IMG/VR virus record: IMGVR_UViG_3300045988_149348
Length of the DNA stretch: 42,988 bases
Strand: one strand, 5' to 3'
Origin: a virus
Taxonomy: Duplodnaviria > Heunggongvirae > Uroviricota > Caudoviricetes
Within the stretch, counting starts at the first letter, position 1. Each line of letters opens with the position of its first letter. Below, one piece after another: positions 19,803-28,244 of this stretch. Position numbers and translations under genes: made by a program. The notes under the pieces were generated by a model, which was not told where the DNA came from, ran no database searches, and saw nothing but the letters and a program-made list of their open reading frames with translations.

Positions 19803-20359
19803 TTTTTAACCGCCATAACACAACAGGTTAAAGAAAACTGTTTAACTTATTGATACTAAAAGAGAAAAATGACGATCTTTTTACTCATAAAGAATCACAC
19901 AAACCAGCATAATCATCTGATTTTATTAAGTTTTTATAAGTAAAAAGGATCTTGCGATGGTTTTTTGGTTAAAAGATTGGATGTATTTGCATGATTTATA
20001 ACGATTTTTATCAGAACAACATCACATTGGTTAAAGATCTGCGCGTATCTTGATGATCTAAAAGAAAATTTTCTACTTTCTTTTTACCAGCACAAGCACA
20101 GCAAAAAATCACGTTTTCCCAATATTTTTCAATGAGATGAGTAAATTTCTTTTACCGCAACTTTTAACCTAACTTTTTTCACGTTTAGCTAGCCGAACAT
20201 CGGGGTTCGAATGACCCGCATCCAACGCTTTTGGCCAGAAGGACCCAATTCTGCCGGACGATGAAACGATGCTCGTGCACCCCCACAGACAGCCTGCGAG
20301 CGACGCTACAGAACACAGTGAATACACTCTGCATAACAACACCATCAACCACACGATGA

Positions 20360-21079
20360 TTAACGAGAGAAGGTCTTAGAAAGAATGTCATCAATAGCCT
20401 TTGTGACTTCATCAGCAAACGCATCCTCACCAGCACGCAGCGCCACGCCATGCCAATCAAGACGCTGCGAATAGTTAGGTTGCTGGATAAACGTAAGGAT
20501 CAACGTAGGACGCCGCCCAACGCGCTGCCAGACGCCTGGTTGAAGCGGGTTACTTGTACCAGGTCGAACAACAAAAAACTCCGTAGGCTTGCCCTGACGG
20601 CGATTTTGATGCGCATCTCGCTGAACTCTTAGGCCAGATAAGACCTGCTGTAATTGCCCCCGCGAAATATTCCCGTATTTGTCCAGCTTTGCGCCGGGAC
20701 CAGGAGCAAGCTGCCAGCCGTTAGGCAAATATCCACCAGCCCTTAGCGCCCCTTCTGAGCGTTTGTACTGTCGTTGGCCACCTTCGATTTGCGGAGTCAA
20801 CGTTACAGGGGCTGGCGTTCCTCCCCATTCACGAGCATACACAATGGCTGTAGGATCACTCTTCTTTGCGGCCAAAACGTAAGTAGAGTTCTGAATCCAC
20901 GGCGTGGGCCTGTCAAATACCCGATTAATTTCATTCTTAATCGCAGCCTGAGAAGCCTTTGCCGTTCTGGTTGCCGCAAGCGCCATTGCGAACGGCAATT
21001 CGCGTTCTTCAAGGCGCTGGAGTTGTCGTTGAATATCCTGAGAAGAAAAATCCATCTTTATCTCAATTCTGTCAGCCAC
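20360..21079 (-). CDS. hypothetical protein
   Basis: 239-aa ORF in the GC-rich block between the ParB-like genes; no recognised motif. Confidence 0.4.
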   Translation of the reverse strand: MADRIEIKMDFSSQDIQRQLQRLEERELPFAMALAATRTAKASQAAIKNEINRVFDRPTPWIQNSTYVLAAKKSDPTAIVYAREWGGTPAPVTLTPQIEGGQRQYKRSEGALRAGGYLPNGWQLAPGPGAKLDKYGNISRGQLQQVLSGLRVQRDAHQNRRQGKPTEFFVVRPGTSNPLQPGVWQRVGRRPTLILTFIQQPNYSQRLDWHGVALRAGEDAFADEVTKAIDDILSKTFSR

Positions 21080-21095
21080 CAGCGCCTCCTACACA

Positions 21096-22475
21096 CTACT
21101 TAATCAACGGCCGGAAAGCCGCCAGCACATCATCAGATCGTCCGATTGTTGAACCACCAGGCAACGGCAACTCAAACTCAAAACGAACAGCTTTCTCCAG
21201 ACTCGCCCAACTAAGGGAATCATCGTTAATGACGTGCAAATACCAGCTCTTACAGTTGAATATTGACCGCTTAATCCTGAAACCATGTACACGACACAAC
21301 TGCTTCACTTCCTCATCAGAGTGAAACTTCTGGTAAAACCAGTGCCCCTTCCGGTACAACGCGGTAAAACCGTTATGATCAATAAAATAAAGCCGGCTTT
21401 TGGAACTCGCCGCTTGTGTCTGCTTCAGGACTGTTTCCAGCTCTCCACGGCTACGGCCAGAAAAGAATATTGACCCACCAGCTTTACACAGCCCTTTCAG
21501 AACCGTCAGAACGGACCATTCAGCCTCGACACTATCGACCGAGTTCAAAACGCTATCGCAAATCACGTAGTCGTAACGCCCTCGCGTTTTTAAGTCGTCC
21601 ACCAGCGTATCAATCATCCGGTTTGTTGCGGTCCTATCCAGAGTGTTTCCAGCGCCCTTACGGCGGAAAAGCTCAAGATCATGCAGGTTATATCCCTTTG
21701 CCCTGAGCATTCGCGCGTAGTCTCCCTGACCCGAACCAAAATCAATTCCTCTTGGCGTCTTGGCAATGATCGGGAGGATCAACGACTCATACAGGTTTGA
21801 TTTCAGGCTGCCACCATTACGCAACCGCATAAGCTGCGCATACGTCTGGATGTATGTTGTTTTCTCCAGATGAGAATACTCAAATACACCATAAGTTTTA
21901 TTCAGATAACTTTGGTATTTTTCCTTCTCAACATCAGGGATCACAAACACCGTTAGCGGTGTGCGCGTCATCTTCGCTGCTAATGCATACTGAGCACAGT
22001 GAATAACCTCGCCAGACTGCGTAGCAACACAACCACCCCACGGACCATACTTGATAACCAGTTCCGCTATGTTCTTTCGAACATATGCCATTTTCGCGCG
22101 CATATTGCCTGAGATCTGGCTTGCCGATACCTGAACAAAACCATGCTTATCTTCCAGACCTGACACCCTGCAACGCTCATCTCCGCTGTCAAAATCCGTT
22201 CCGTTATGCAGTTGGTTAAACCGTACTTCGTCGTATACCGTCGTTTCACAGGGCAACACATACACCGCAGCACGCGTTATTCCCAACTTACGTAGCGCCT
22301 TCGTCCTTTGGTGTCCCGCCACCAGCAAATCGCCGCGCACTATCAATGGCTTCACAAGCCCCAGCTCCCTGACGCTTTCCGCCAGCCTCGCAAGATCATC
22401 CTCACCGATAAAACGCGGGTTATATTCCGCGCCGCGTAGGTGCGTTATGTCGTAATTGAGATGAAGCATCAGCAC
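21096..22475 (-). CDS. ParB N-domain / class I SAM-dependent methyltransferase fusion protein
   Basis: 459 aa; N-terminal ParB-like motif (PLIVRGDLLVAGHQR); C-terminal Rossmann methyltransferase motifs (GIDFGSGQGDY, LHDLE, YDYVICDSVL); no DPPY-type motif seen. Confidence 0.55.
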   Translation of the reverse strand: MLMLHLNYDITHLRGAEYNPRFIGEDDLARLAESVRELGLVKPLIVRGDLLVAGHQRTKALRKLGITRAAVYVLPCETTVYDEVRFNQLHNGTDFDSGDERCRVSGLEDKHGFVQVSASQISGNMRAKMAYVRKNIAELVIKYGPWGGCVATQSGEVIHCAQYALAAKMTRTPLTVFVIPDVEKEKYQSYLNKTYGVFEYSHLEKTTYIQTYAQLMRLRNGGSLKSNLYESLILPIIAKTPRGIDFGSGQGDYARMLRAKGYNLHDLELFRRKGAGNTLDRTATNRMIDTLVDDLKTRGRYDYVICDSVLNSVDSVEAEWSVLTVLKGLCKAGGSIFFSGRSRGELETVLKQTQAASSKSRLYFIDHNGFTALYRKGHWFYQKFHSDEEVKQLCRVHGFRIKRSIFNCKSWYLHVINDDSLSWASLEKAVRFEFELPLPGGSTIGRSDDVLAAFRPLIK

Positions 22476-23092
22476 ACCTCCCCAGCCAGCAATGCGGATA
22501 CAAATCCGATATAGCTGCCATTATCATCAACATAACGAGACACCGCGCAGTCAAAACGATCCGCTTCCTCATCCGTTGCCGGGATTTTATGACCTCCAAA
22601 TGACAGGTACTGAACTTTTACGCCTGATTTGGCCTCATCCTTCTCAAATGGGATATCCATACCCTCTGTGTCATCGTAGACCGCCGCACTCAATAAGTTA
22701 TCCAGTTCGCGCTGAGTAAAACCAATTGAGTCCAGAGCAAAATCATCGGCCGCAAGATCTGCAAGCTCCGCGCTTAACAACTCTTCATCCCAACCAGCAT
22801 TCAGCGGAATACGGTTGTCGGCCAGACGATATGCCTTCTTCTGATTCTCCGTTAGCCCTTCCAGAACAATGCAGGGAACGTCATCCATCCCCAACTGAGT
22901 GGCCGCAGCAATTCGACCATGACCAGCAATTACAACGTTGTTCTCGTCTATCAGGATCGGATTAGTCCATCCGTACTCCTGTATGCTGGCAACAATCTGA
23001 TCTACCTGCTCCACGGAGTGTGTGCGAGCGTTCTTTTCATAACCAATCAACACAGAAAGTGGTAAAGAAACCACATTAAGATGTTTTGTCAT
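22469..23092 (-). CDS. ParB/Srx N-terminal domain protein (paralog 2)
   Basis: 207 aa; NARTHSVEQVDQIVASIQEYGWTNPILID...IAGHGRIAAA; shares the C-terminal KIPATD motif with paralog 1. Confidence 0.6.
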   Translation of the reverse strand: MTKHLNVVSLPLSVLIGYEKNARTHSVEQVDQIVASIQEYGWTNPILIDENNVVIAGHGRIAAATQLGMDDVPCIVLEGLTENQKKAYRLADNRIPLNAGWDEELLSAELADLAADDFALDSIGFTQRELDNLLSAAVYDDTEGMDIPFEKDEAKSGVKVQYLSFGGHKIPATDEEADRFDCAVSRYVDDNGSYIGFVSALLAGEVC

Positions 23093-23214
23093 GCCGTTTA
23101 TCCGCTAAAATCCCCTCGCTTGTGCAAGCAAGTGGGCCTCGGTTTGTATCCACGGCACCCTGTGGGTATGAATGACTGTCGTCAGGTCGCAACTGACGGC
23201 GGGTGAGAGTGAAT

Positions 23215-23290
23215 TGGTGGCCCCTACCGGATTTGAACCGATGACCGTGCGATTATGAGTCGCCTGCTCTAACCACTGAGCTAAGGGGCC
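23215..23290 (-). tRNA. tRNA with CAU anticodon (Met or Ile2/lysidine type)
   Basis: 76-nt cloverleaf folded by hand: 7-bp acceptor stem, GCTC/GAGC D stem, anticodon loop CUCAUAA, T loop TTCAAAT, 3' CCA encoded. The 5' 42 nt match E. coli ileX-type tRNA as recalled. Confidence 0.8.
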
Positions 23291-23459
23291 ATATTTGATC
23301 TGTTTGTCTGGTGTGGCGCCGCGCACGAAAATCCCAGCCAATAAATTCAGGATTTTTGGGCGCGGCGGCATATCAGACAAACATGGTTGATGCGTGCGCC
23401 CATGAGAAAAGCGCATAGAATGTTGTAACTATATATTTATATAATTATAGAAATATATA

Positions 23460-23669
23460 TTACTTGGGGCAGTTGATTTCCCATGCCCTGTTATGAGCCA
23501 GAATATCTTTCTTTGTCTGGCGGTCCATAACATCGATATCGTGATCAGTCAGGTAGATGGGCTTTACCCAATCACAGGCGGTATCAACCACCACCGGGAC
23601 GCTTCCACGACTCCCGCAGCTCGCGATCAACATCGTCATCAGCCATATGGTTAACACTCTGCTGTACAT
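23460..23669 (-). CDS. o-spanin, Rz1-like lipoprotein
   Basis: 69 aa with lipobox LIASC; overlaps the 3' end of the Rz-like gene in another frame. Confidence 0.55.
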   Translation of the reverse strand: MYSRVLTIWLMTMLIASCGSRGSVPVVVDTACDWVKPIYLTDHDIDVMDRQTKKDILAHNRAWEINCPK

Positions 23670-23862
23670 TCCCCACCTCTTTTGTCACTTCTATACGCCG
23701 CTCCGCAGTGGCTTTTACGGCGGCTGCATTCTCATTAATGCGCTGCTTTTCAGCTTCATCTTCGGCCTTTTCTCGCCCCTTCATACGACCAAAACCAAAC
23801 GCACCGAATGCAACCAATATAACGGTGCCGATAAATGACAAAACGGCTTTCAAACCAGTCAT
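23584..23862 (-). CDS. i-spanin, Rz-like
   Basis: 92 aa; N-terminal transmembrane segment then charged coiled-coil; directly downstream of the endolysin. Confidence 0.55.
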   Translation of the reverse strand: MTGLKAVLSFIGTVILVAFGAFGFGRMKGREKAEDEAEKQRINENAAAVKATAERRIEVTKEVGNVQQSVNHMADDDVDRELRESWKRPGGG

Positions 23863-24401
23863 ACCACCACTCGCTCTTTCATCCAGCCGTAGACAAACGA
23901 CTCATTAGCCTCGCGCTTCTCCGCCAGCTCCAGATAGCGTTCGCCCTGCGTACAGTTCAGCGACGTCAGCATCACCCGTTCGCCGTCTTTTCCCCGATTC
24001 CCAAGATAAGCACGTAGCGCATTAATGGTACGTGGACCGATTCGTCCGTCTGCATCCAAATCGGGATACAGCTTCCCGCGCAGGTTGAACACATTCAGCC
24101 AGCGTTGAAGCATTTTTGACGCCACTGTTGGCCCCATGTTCACCCCCGTGTCACACAGCTCTGCGGCAATATCAGAGGATAATGCGGCCACCTGATCAAA
24201 GCGTGGTCCGTACCAGTAATCAGCCTCAAGGATTTCCAGTGCCTGTTCGCGGGTTAAATCGCGCATATCGCCACGGTATCCATGAGCACGGGCAGTGTTC
24301 TGAGTAATGCCCCACTTTGTTGGGCCTCCCTTGTCGTCAGGGTGATCCACATAGCCGCCCTCTTTTCCAAGAACGCTGTTAAAAATCTCATCTTTGGTCA
24401 T
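23859..24401 (-). CDS. endolysin, GH108-type muramidase with peptidoglycan-binding domain
   Basis: 180 aa; N-terminal EGGYVDHPDDKGGPTKWGIT motif as recalled for glycoside hydrolase family 108 lysins. Confidence 0.7.
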   Translation of the reverse strand: MTKDEIFNSVLGKEGGYVDHPDDKGGPTKWGITQNTARAHGYRGDMRDLTREQALEILEADYWYGPRFDQVAALSSDIAAELCDTGVNMGPTVASKMLQRWLNVFNLRGKLYPDLDADGRIGPRTINALRAYLGNRGKDGERVMLTSLNCTQGERYLELAEKREANESFVYGWMKERVVV

Positions 24402-24684
24402 GATTAAACCCTAATGCGTCAACTATCCGCGCCAGATTGCCCCTGAAATACAGAACAACGATGCAGATAATCAGATTTCCAATAACCACCAGCCAGTGGG
24501 ATTCTTGATAAAGACCGAACACATAACGGAAGGGAACATTGGCGTATACAATGACGTAGATATAAGCCAGAAAGGAAACAAATGGACGATGCCTGGAGTC
24601 TTTCCGTCGATAAAGCATCAGCGCCATTACTATTACTGTGCAAAGCACCGCATTAATCAGTGCTGACGGGTCACTGCTTACCAT
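24388..24684 (-). CDS. membrane protein, holin/antiholin-like
   Basis: Multi-pass hydrophobic ~98-aa ORF (from internal Met) between the holin-like gene and endolysin. Confidence 0.4.
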   Translation of the reverse strand: MVSSDPSALINAVLCTVIVMALMLYRRKDSRHRPFVSFLAYIYVIVYANVPFRYVFGLYQESHWLVVIGNLIICIVVLYFRGNLARIVDALGFNHDQR

Positions 24685-25066
24685 TTGAACCCCCTCCACG
24701 TAAGCGGGAAAGCATTCCAAAGATGCTACCGAGATCCTGGCTGTTTACGAACGTGAGGATTTTAATTGTCAATGCAGCCACAATAACCGCACCAAGTGCA
24801 TCAAGAGGACGATCGTTGTAGCTGGTCCATTTGGCAAGAAATGAGCCAACTAACGGCGCTCCAATCACTCCAACAATGAACGATGTAAAGAAATAGCCAA
24901 TCAGCTTGAGACGGCTAATATTCACCGCTGTAGCAACATAGAAAACAGCGCCAGCAAATGCCCCGAATACAACGCCGTAATCAATACCAGTTGCAATACC
25001 AAAAACGCTGGCACCCATCAGGCCACCAGCAGCAACGGCCGTACCGGAAATTGGTTCTGCTGACAT
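24671..25066 (-). CDS. holin-like membrane protein
   Basis: 131 aa, Gly/Ala-rich transmembrane segments, first gene of the lysis cassette; GAGGA Shine-Dalgarno 5 nt upstream. Confidence 0.5.
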   Translation of the reverse strand: MSAEPISGTAVAAGGLMGASVFGIATGIDYGVVFGAFAGAVFYVATAVNISRLKLIGYFFTSFIVGVIGAPLVGSFLAKWTSYNDRPLDALGAVIVAALTIKILTFVNSQDLGSIFGMLSRLRGGGSNGKQ

Positions 25067-25080
25067 TGAAATCCTCGTTA

Positions 25081-25110
25081 AAAAAAAAGCCCCGCCGAAA
25101 AAGGCAGGGC
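25081..25110 (-). terminator. rho-independent terminator immediately upstream of the holin gene
   Basis: Minus strand: GCCCTGCC-TTTTTC-GGCGGGGC hairpin followed by eight U residues; ends 15 nt before the holin start codon. Confidence 0.7.
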
Positions 25111-25452
25111 TTCATAAAGCAACAAATTACGCGGTAATCGCTTAACGCAGTTTTACTACGTTAAATGAAACACTACACCCAGTTACCACCTAAAACAAGG
25201 TTTCCCCATAAAAAAACCTTCATATCGTGGTTAATCGATCAATAAAAAAGCAATGTTCAACTTTTTACCAACCGAACATCCCGACCAGGACTTCCATAAT
25301 ATTCGCCGATATGCCACTGCTTAAGTTGAGTAATCTTCTCCAACTTAACTCCCATAGAGTCCAGTTTCTGCCATGTTTTCGGTTGTATGTGCTTCATTAC
25401 CCGCTCTGAATATCTGAATACTGCTCGTAAGCGCATGGCTTCTCACTACAGC

Positions 25453-25878
25453 TTATATATGTTCACGACTGGACTTCCAGAATATCCACGCCAGATCAAC
25501 ATTCTGGTCTTGGTAATTCATCCCTTCGTTGGCACGAAGCAATAATGTTTCATGGTTTTTATCACCCGCATGAAACCTGACAAGTGCTTCGAACTTTTCG
25601 CGCCCATCATCCGGCACTACCGCCGTTGGCGGCGCGGAGAATAGAGGTTTAGGTGATATTTCCGCACGTTTTGCGTATGCTTCAACTGTGTCAGGGTTAA
25701 ACAGGATTATGTTTTCACCGCATTCCCACGCTACCGGCTCTGCTTCCAGCGATGCCAGCGCGATACGAAACACATTGGCAAGCAGGCTGCTTGAAGATTG
25801 GTTATCGTGCGCCGGGTCGCTCAGGAAACCAGTGATGAATGATTTAATTTCCGCGTTTTCTCTGGTAATAGTGGTCAT
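25453..25878 (-). CDS. hypothetical protein
   Basis: 141-aa ORF, last gene of the accessory block. Confidence 0.4.
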   Translation of the reverse strand: MTTITRENAEIKSFITGFLSDPAHDNQSSSSLLANVFRIALASLEAEPVAWECGENIILFNPDTVEAYAKRAEISPKPLFSAPPTAVVPDDGREKFEALVRFHAGDKNHETLLLRANEGMNYQDQNVDLAWIFWKSSREHI

Positions 25879-26390
25879 GCCGCGTATCCTTCTTTCTTAT
25901 TAACAATTACACCGTCATATATTTCATTAAGGTGCCCTCTCAACTCCATGCGCCTTAATGCAGATAACATGTAATCGCATTCAACCTGCTTATTCCCAGT
26001 AAATGGCTTATCGTCAGGATTACCCCAACAGCAATTACCCTTGGGCCACCCATGTACTTTCCGTACTCTTCCGTTAACAACGTGAAGCAATCCCCAGCCA
26101 GGCGGTAAATCCTCAACTGAAATAATTCCCGGCTCACTAATAAAGAATCGCCAGTCGCCCATTCCAAGAGACGGATTTTTACGGAAACGCTTTTTTCTAT
26201 CTGCCAACAAGTCAGCACGAGAACACTTCGCCTCTATCAAGCATGATGCTGAATTTCTGAATCCCATAGCATCTGGCTGTTCTCCGGTACTGGTTACAGC
26301 TATAAAGCGGTCATGAAAGCAAACCTTGAACCCGTTGCGCTTAAGGAACTTGTACGCAATCTGACAGAGTTCGCGGTGTGTTAACGCCAT
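25875..26390 (-). CDS. putative PD-(D/E)xK-fold nuclease-like protein
   Basis: 171 aa from ATG 26390 (AAGGAG upstream); D...CLIEAKC arrangement resembles a D-ExK catalytic motif; assignment tentative. Confidence 0.4.
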   Translation of the reverse strand: MALTHRELCQIAYKFLKRNGFKVCFHDRFIAVTSTGEQPDAMGFRNSASCLIEAKCSRADLLADRKKRFRKNPSLGMGDWRFFISEPGIISVEDLPPGWGLLHVVNGRVRKVHGWPKGNCCWGNPDDKPFTGNKQVECDYMLSALRRMELRGHLNEIYDGVIVNKKEGYAA

Positions 26391-26575
26391 CTCACTCTCC
26401 TTTAGTGCGCAGATAACAGTGGTTTTTCCAGCGGTTTTGCGCCGCGCTACGCTTATCTTTGACTCCCTCTCTGGCAATTCCAGAATATAAGTACAACACC
26501 ACACGGCGATTGCTAACTCTCAACCACTGGCTGGGATAGCAACGTCTGTATACACGGGAAATAAGCATCTTTGCT

Positions 26576-26863
26576 TTACGGTTTTTCATCGTTTGCCCCC
26601 TGCTTTTCTGCCCTTAACACCATGCGAGAACCATCATCCAGCTCCCAATTGATTTCACCGCCTTCTGCCATGACAAGATGCCAAACGAGTTGTGCGGCCT
26701 CGTTGGTTACATCACGACCGCGATCATTGCCTACACGGCGTTTTGTTCCGTCACCTAAATCGCGCATTTTGGCCAACACGATGGTTTTTGATAGCGGTGA
26801 AAAACCAAGCTGTAGCCGTGCGGAATTACTCACTGGTTGCCCCCTGAATACGTTTAAACTCAA
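26576..26863 (-). CDS. hypothetical small protein
   Basis: ORF track only; start uncertain. Confidence 0.3.
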   Translation of the reverse strand: MSLNVFRGQPVSNSARLQLGFSPLSKTIVLAKMRDLGDGTKRRVGNDRGRDVTNEAAQLVWHLVMAEGGEINWELDDGSRMVLRAEKQGANDEKP

Positions 26864-27518
26864 TTACCCATACCCACGGGTTAGATAGCCAGTTCTCTTG
26901 CCCGTAAATACCGCGCCAGATATCACCAAAGCCAACGCGATAAACAGCTTCCGGCGGTGTAATCTTGTACGTCGCCGGAGATGCGCCTTCCGCTTTAGCA
27001 TCTGCCTCGCTCATGTCATGCAGCCGTTCCACACGCACGTCGGTAATTTCCAGCAAAATACGCGAAGCCCAGCGCGGCATGTGAATTGATGGACGCCACC
27101 CGCCATCAAACTTTTCATTCACAGTGTGAGGTTTCCAGTCGACATCATCGGGTATCGACCATAAGCCGTAATCACCCTGCTTTTGCTCACAACTGGCCCG
27201 ATAAATCCTTGCTGCGTTCTTCTCATCGCCACGACAAAGGCTGTCGTTCCAGTCCACACTGCAACCATCCTCATTGCCTAATATCGCCCACGCTTCACGG
27301 ACCCATATGCGATCACCAACGTTACCGAACGGGCATAAACCATGTTCCGGTGCATCCATAACGTGGGTATAGACACCATTGCGTTTCTTTGTCGGTTTAC
27401 GGATAACCAGGCAGTTATCGGCCCTGACATTTTTTACAGGTCGGCGAGTCTGCGTCTTCCTGCCTTCGAGGATGGCCCTGACCATCGCATCATTAAAAAT
27501 CATGCCGCGCTCTTTCAT
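26826..27518 (-). CDS. ASCH-domain-like protein
   Basis: N-terminal MIFNDAMVRAILEGRKTQTRR matches the GxKTxExR-type ASCH signature as recalled; start set at an internal Met (27518) to avoid overlap with the upstream gene. Confidence 0.45.
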   Translation of the reverse strand: MKERGMIFNDAMVRAILEGRKTQTRRPVKNVRADNCLVIRKPTKKRNGVYTHVMDAPEHGLCPFGNVGDRIWVREAWAILGNEDGCSVDWNDSLCRGDEKNAARIYRASCEQKQGDYGLWSIPDDVDWKPHTVNEKFDGGWRPSIHMPRWASRILLEITDVRVERLHDMSEADAKAEGASPATYKITPPEAVYRVGFGDIWRGIYGQENWLSNPWVWVIEFKRIQGATSE

Positions 27519-27523
27519 CTTGC

Positions 27524-27889
27524 TCACTTCAACTCCTCCCGACGACGTTCCTGAAGCTCTAGCATTGCGGCTCGGAAATCCTGCCACCATTCCTCATCGG
27601 CTACTGGGGTGTTCCGCTCCAGCACCTTGTCCGCATCGGCGATCAGGTTTGCCAGACTCTTGTCTGAAATCTTCGTTACCGGAGTCGTTGGTTGCTCAAC
27701 CTGCCCGATAGGTTTTATCGTGCTCAAAAGGAGGCGACGGCGGGAAAGAGGTGCCCCACAACGACGGCCATCTTCCTTGCGATATGTTTCTTTCGGACCA
27801 ACACACCAGGTTGTCGGCGTCTCGCGCAACTTCACTTTTTTCTCACCATCATTGGTAATGATTATTCCGGTATGGGTTTTGATGCTCAT
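27524..27889 (-). CDS. hypothetical protein
   Basis: 121-aa ORF, coupled with neighbours. Confidence 0.4.
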   Translation of the reverse strand: MSIKTHTGIIITNDGEKKVKLRETPTTWCVGPKETYRKEDGRRCGAPLSRRRLLLSTIKPIGQVEQPTTPVTKISDKSLANLIADADKVLERNTPVADEEWWQDFRAAMLELQERRREELK

Positions 27890-28167
27890 GCCACAGCCCC
27901 TCTCAACGGCTTAACTTTGGCTAATAAGGTGTTAAACAACATGGAGTTAGGATTCATGCCAAATGGCAATTCCGGTTTAGCGGAGTAGTACAGGCAACCA
28001 TTTATTTTCCTGGTTGTTATCTGTCCTTCGGCAACCATGCTTCTCAGTCTGCAACGCATAGAGTTCTGCGACACACCAATGTGCTCCGCGATTACGTCCA
28101 CTTTTGAACATGGGTGATCGGTCAGGAAATTAATCACATCTTGGGGGTTAATAATTTTGCGTTTCAT
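27886..28167 (-). CDS. small winged-helix DNA-binding protein (putative regulator)
   Basis: 93 aa from ATG 28167; helix-turn-helix-like segment VDVIAEHIGVSQNSMRCRLRSMV; AT-rich motif copy directly upstream. Confidence 0.45.
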   Translation of the reverse strand: MKRKIINPQDVINFLTDHPCSKVDVIAEHIGVSQNSMRCRLRSMVAEGQITTRKINGCLYYSAKPELPFGMNPNSMLFNTLLAKVKPLRGAVA

Positions 28168-28244
28168 TGTCGAGGCGTCCTTATACATTTATATAAATAT
28201 ATAATTCTATATACGGCGGGAGACATCCCGCCGTAGGCTTACTG

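Noticed and set aside
20207-20225. tRNA T-loop-like string GGGGTTCGAATGACCC (possible tRNA fragment / att core)
   Set aside because: The flanks do not form a 5-bp T stem or an acceptor stem; no integrase nearby; probably chance similarity.
20169-20460. Small minus-strand ORFs 20169..20354 and 20185..20460 in the gap upstream of the packaging genes
   Set aside because: Overlap each other and the end of the 239-aa gene, Cys/Arg-rich low-complexity translations; region treated as non-coding.
23105-23416. 103-aa minus-strand ORF overlapping the tRNA
   Set aside because: The reading frame runs through a well-formed tRNA and a long palindrome; spurious.
28214-28233. Hairpin CGGCGGGA-GACAT-CCCGCCG as a terminator between 28245..29312 and the wHTH gene
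   Set aside because: Stem is good but the minus-strand 3' flank is AT-mixed rather than a U-run; left as a possible attenuator only.
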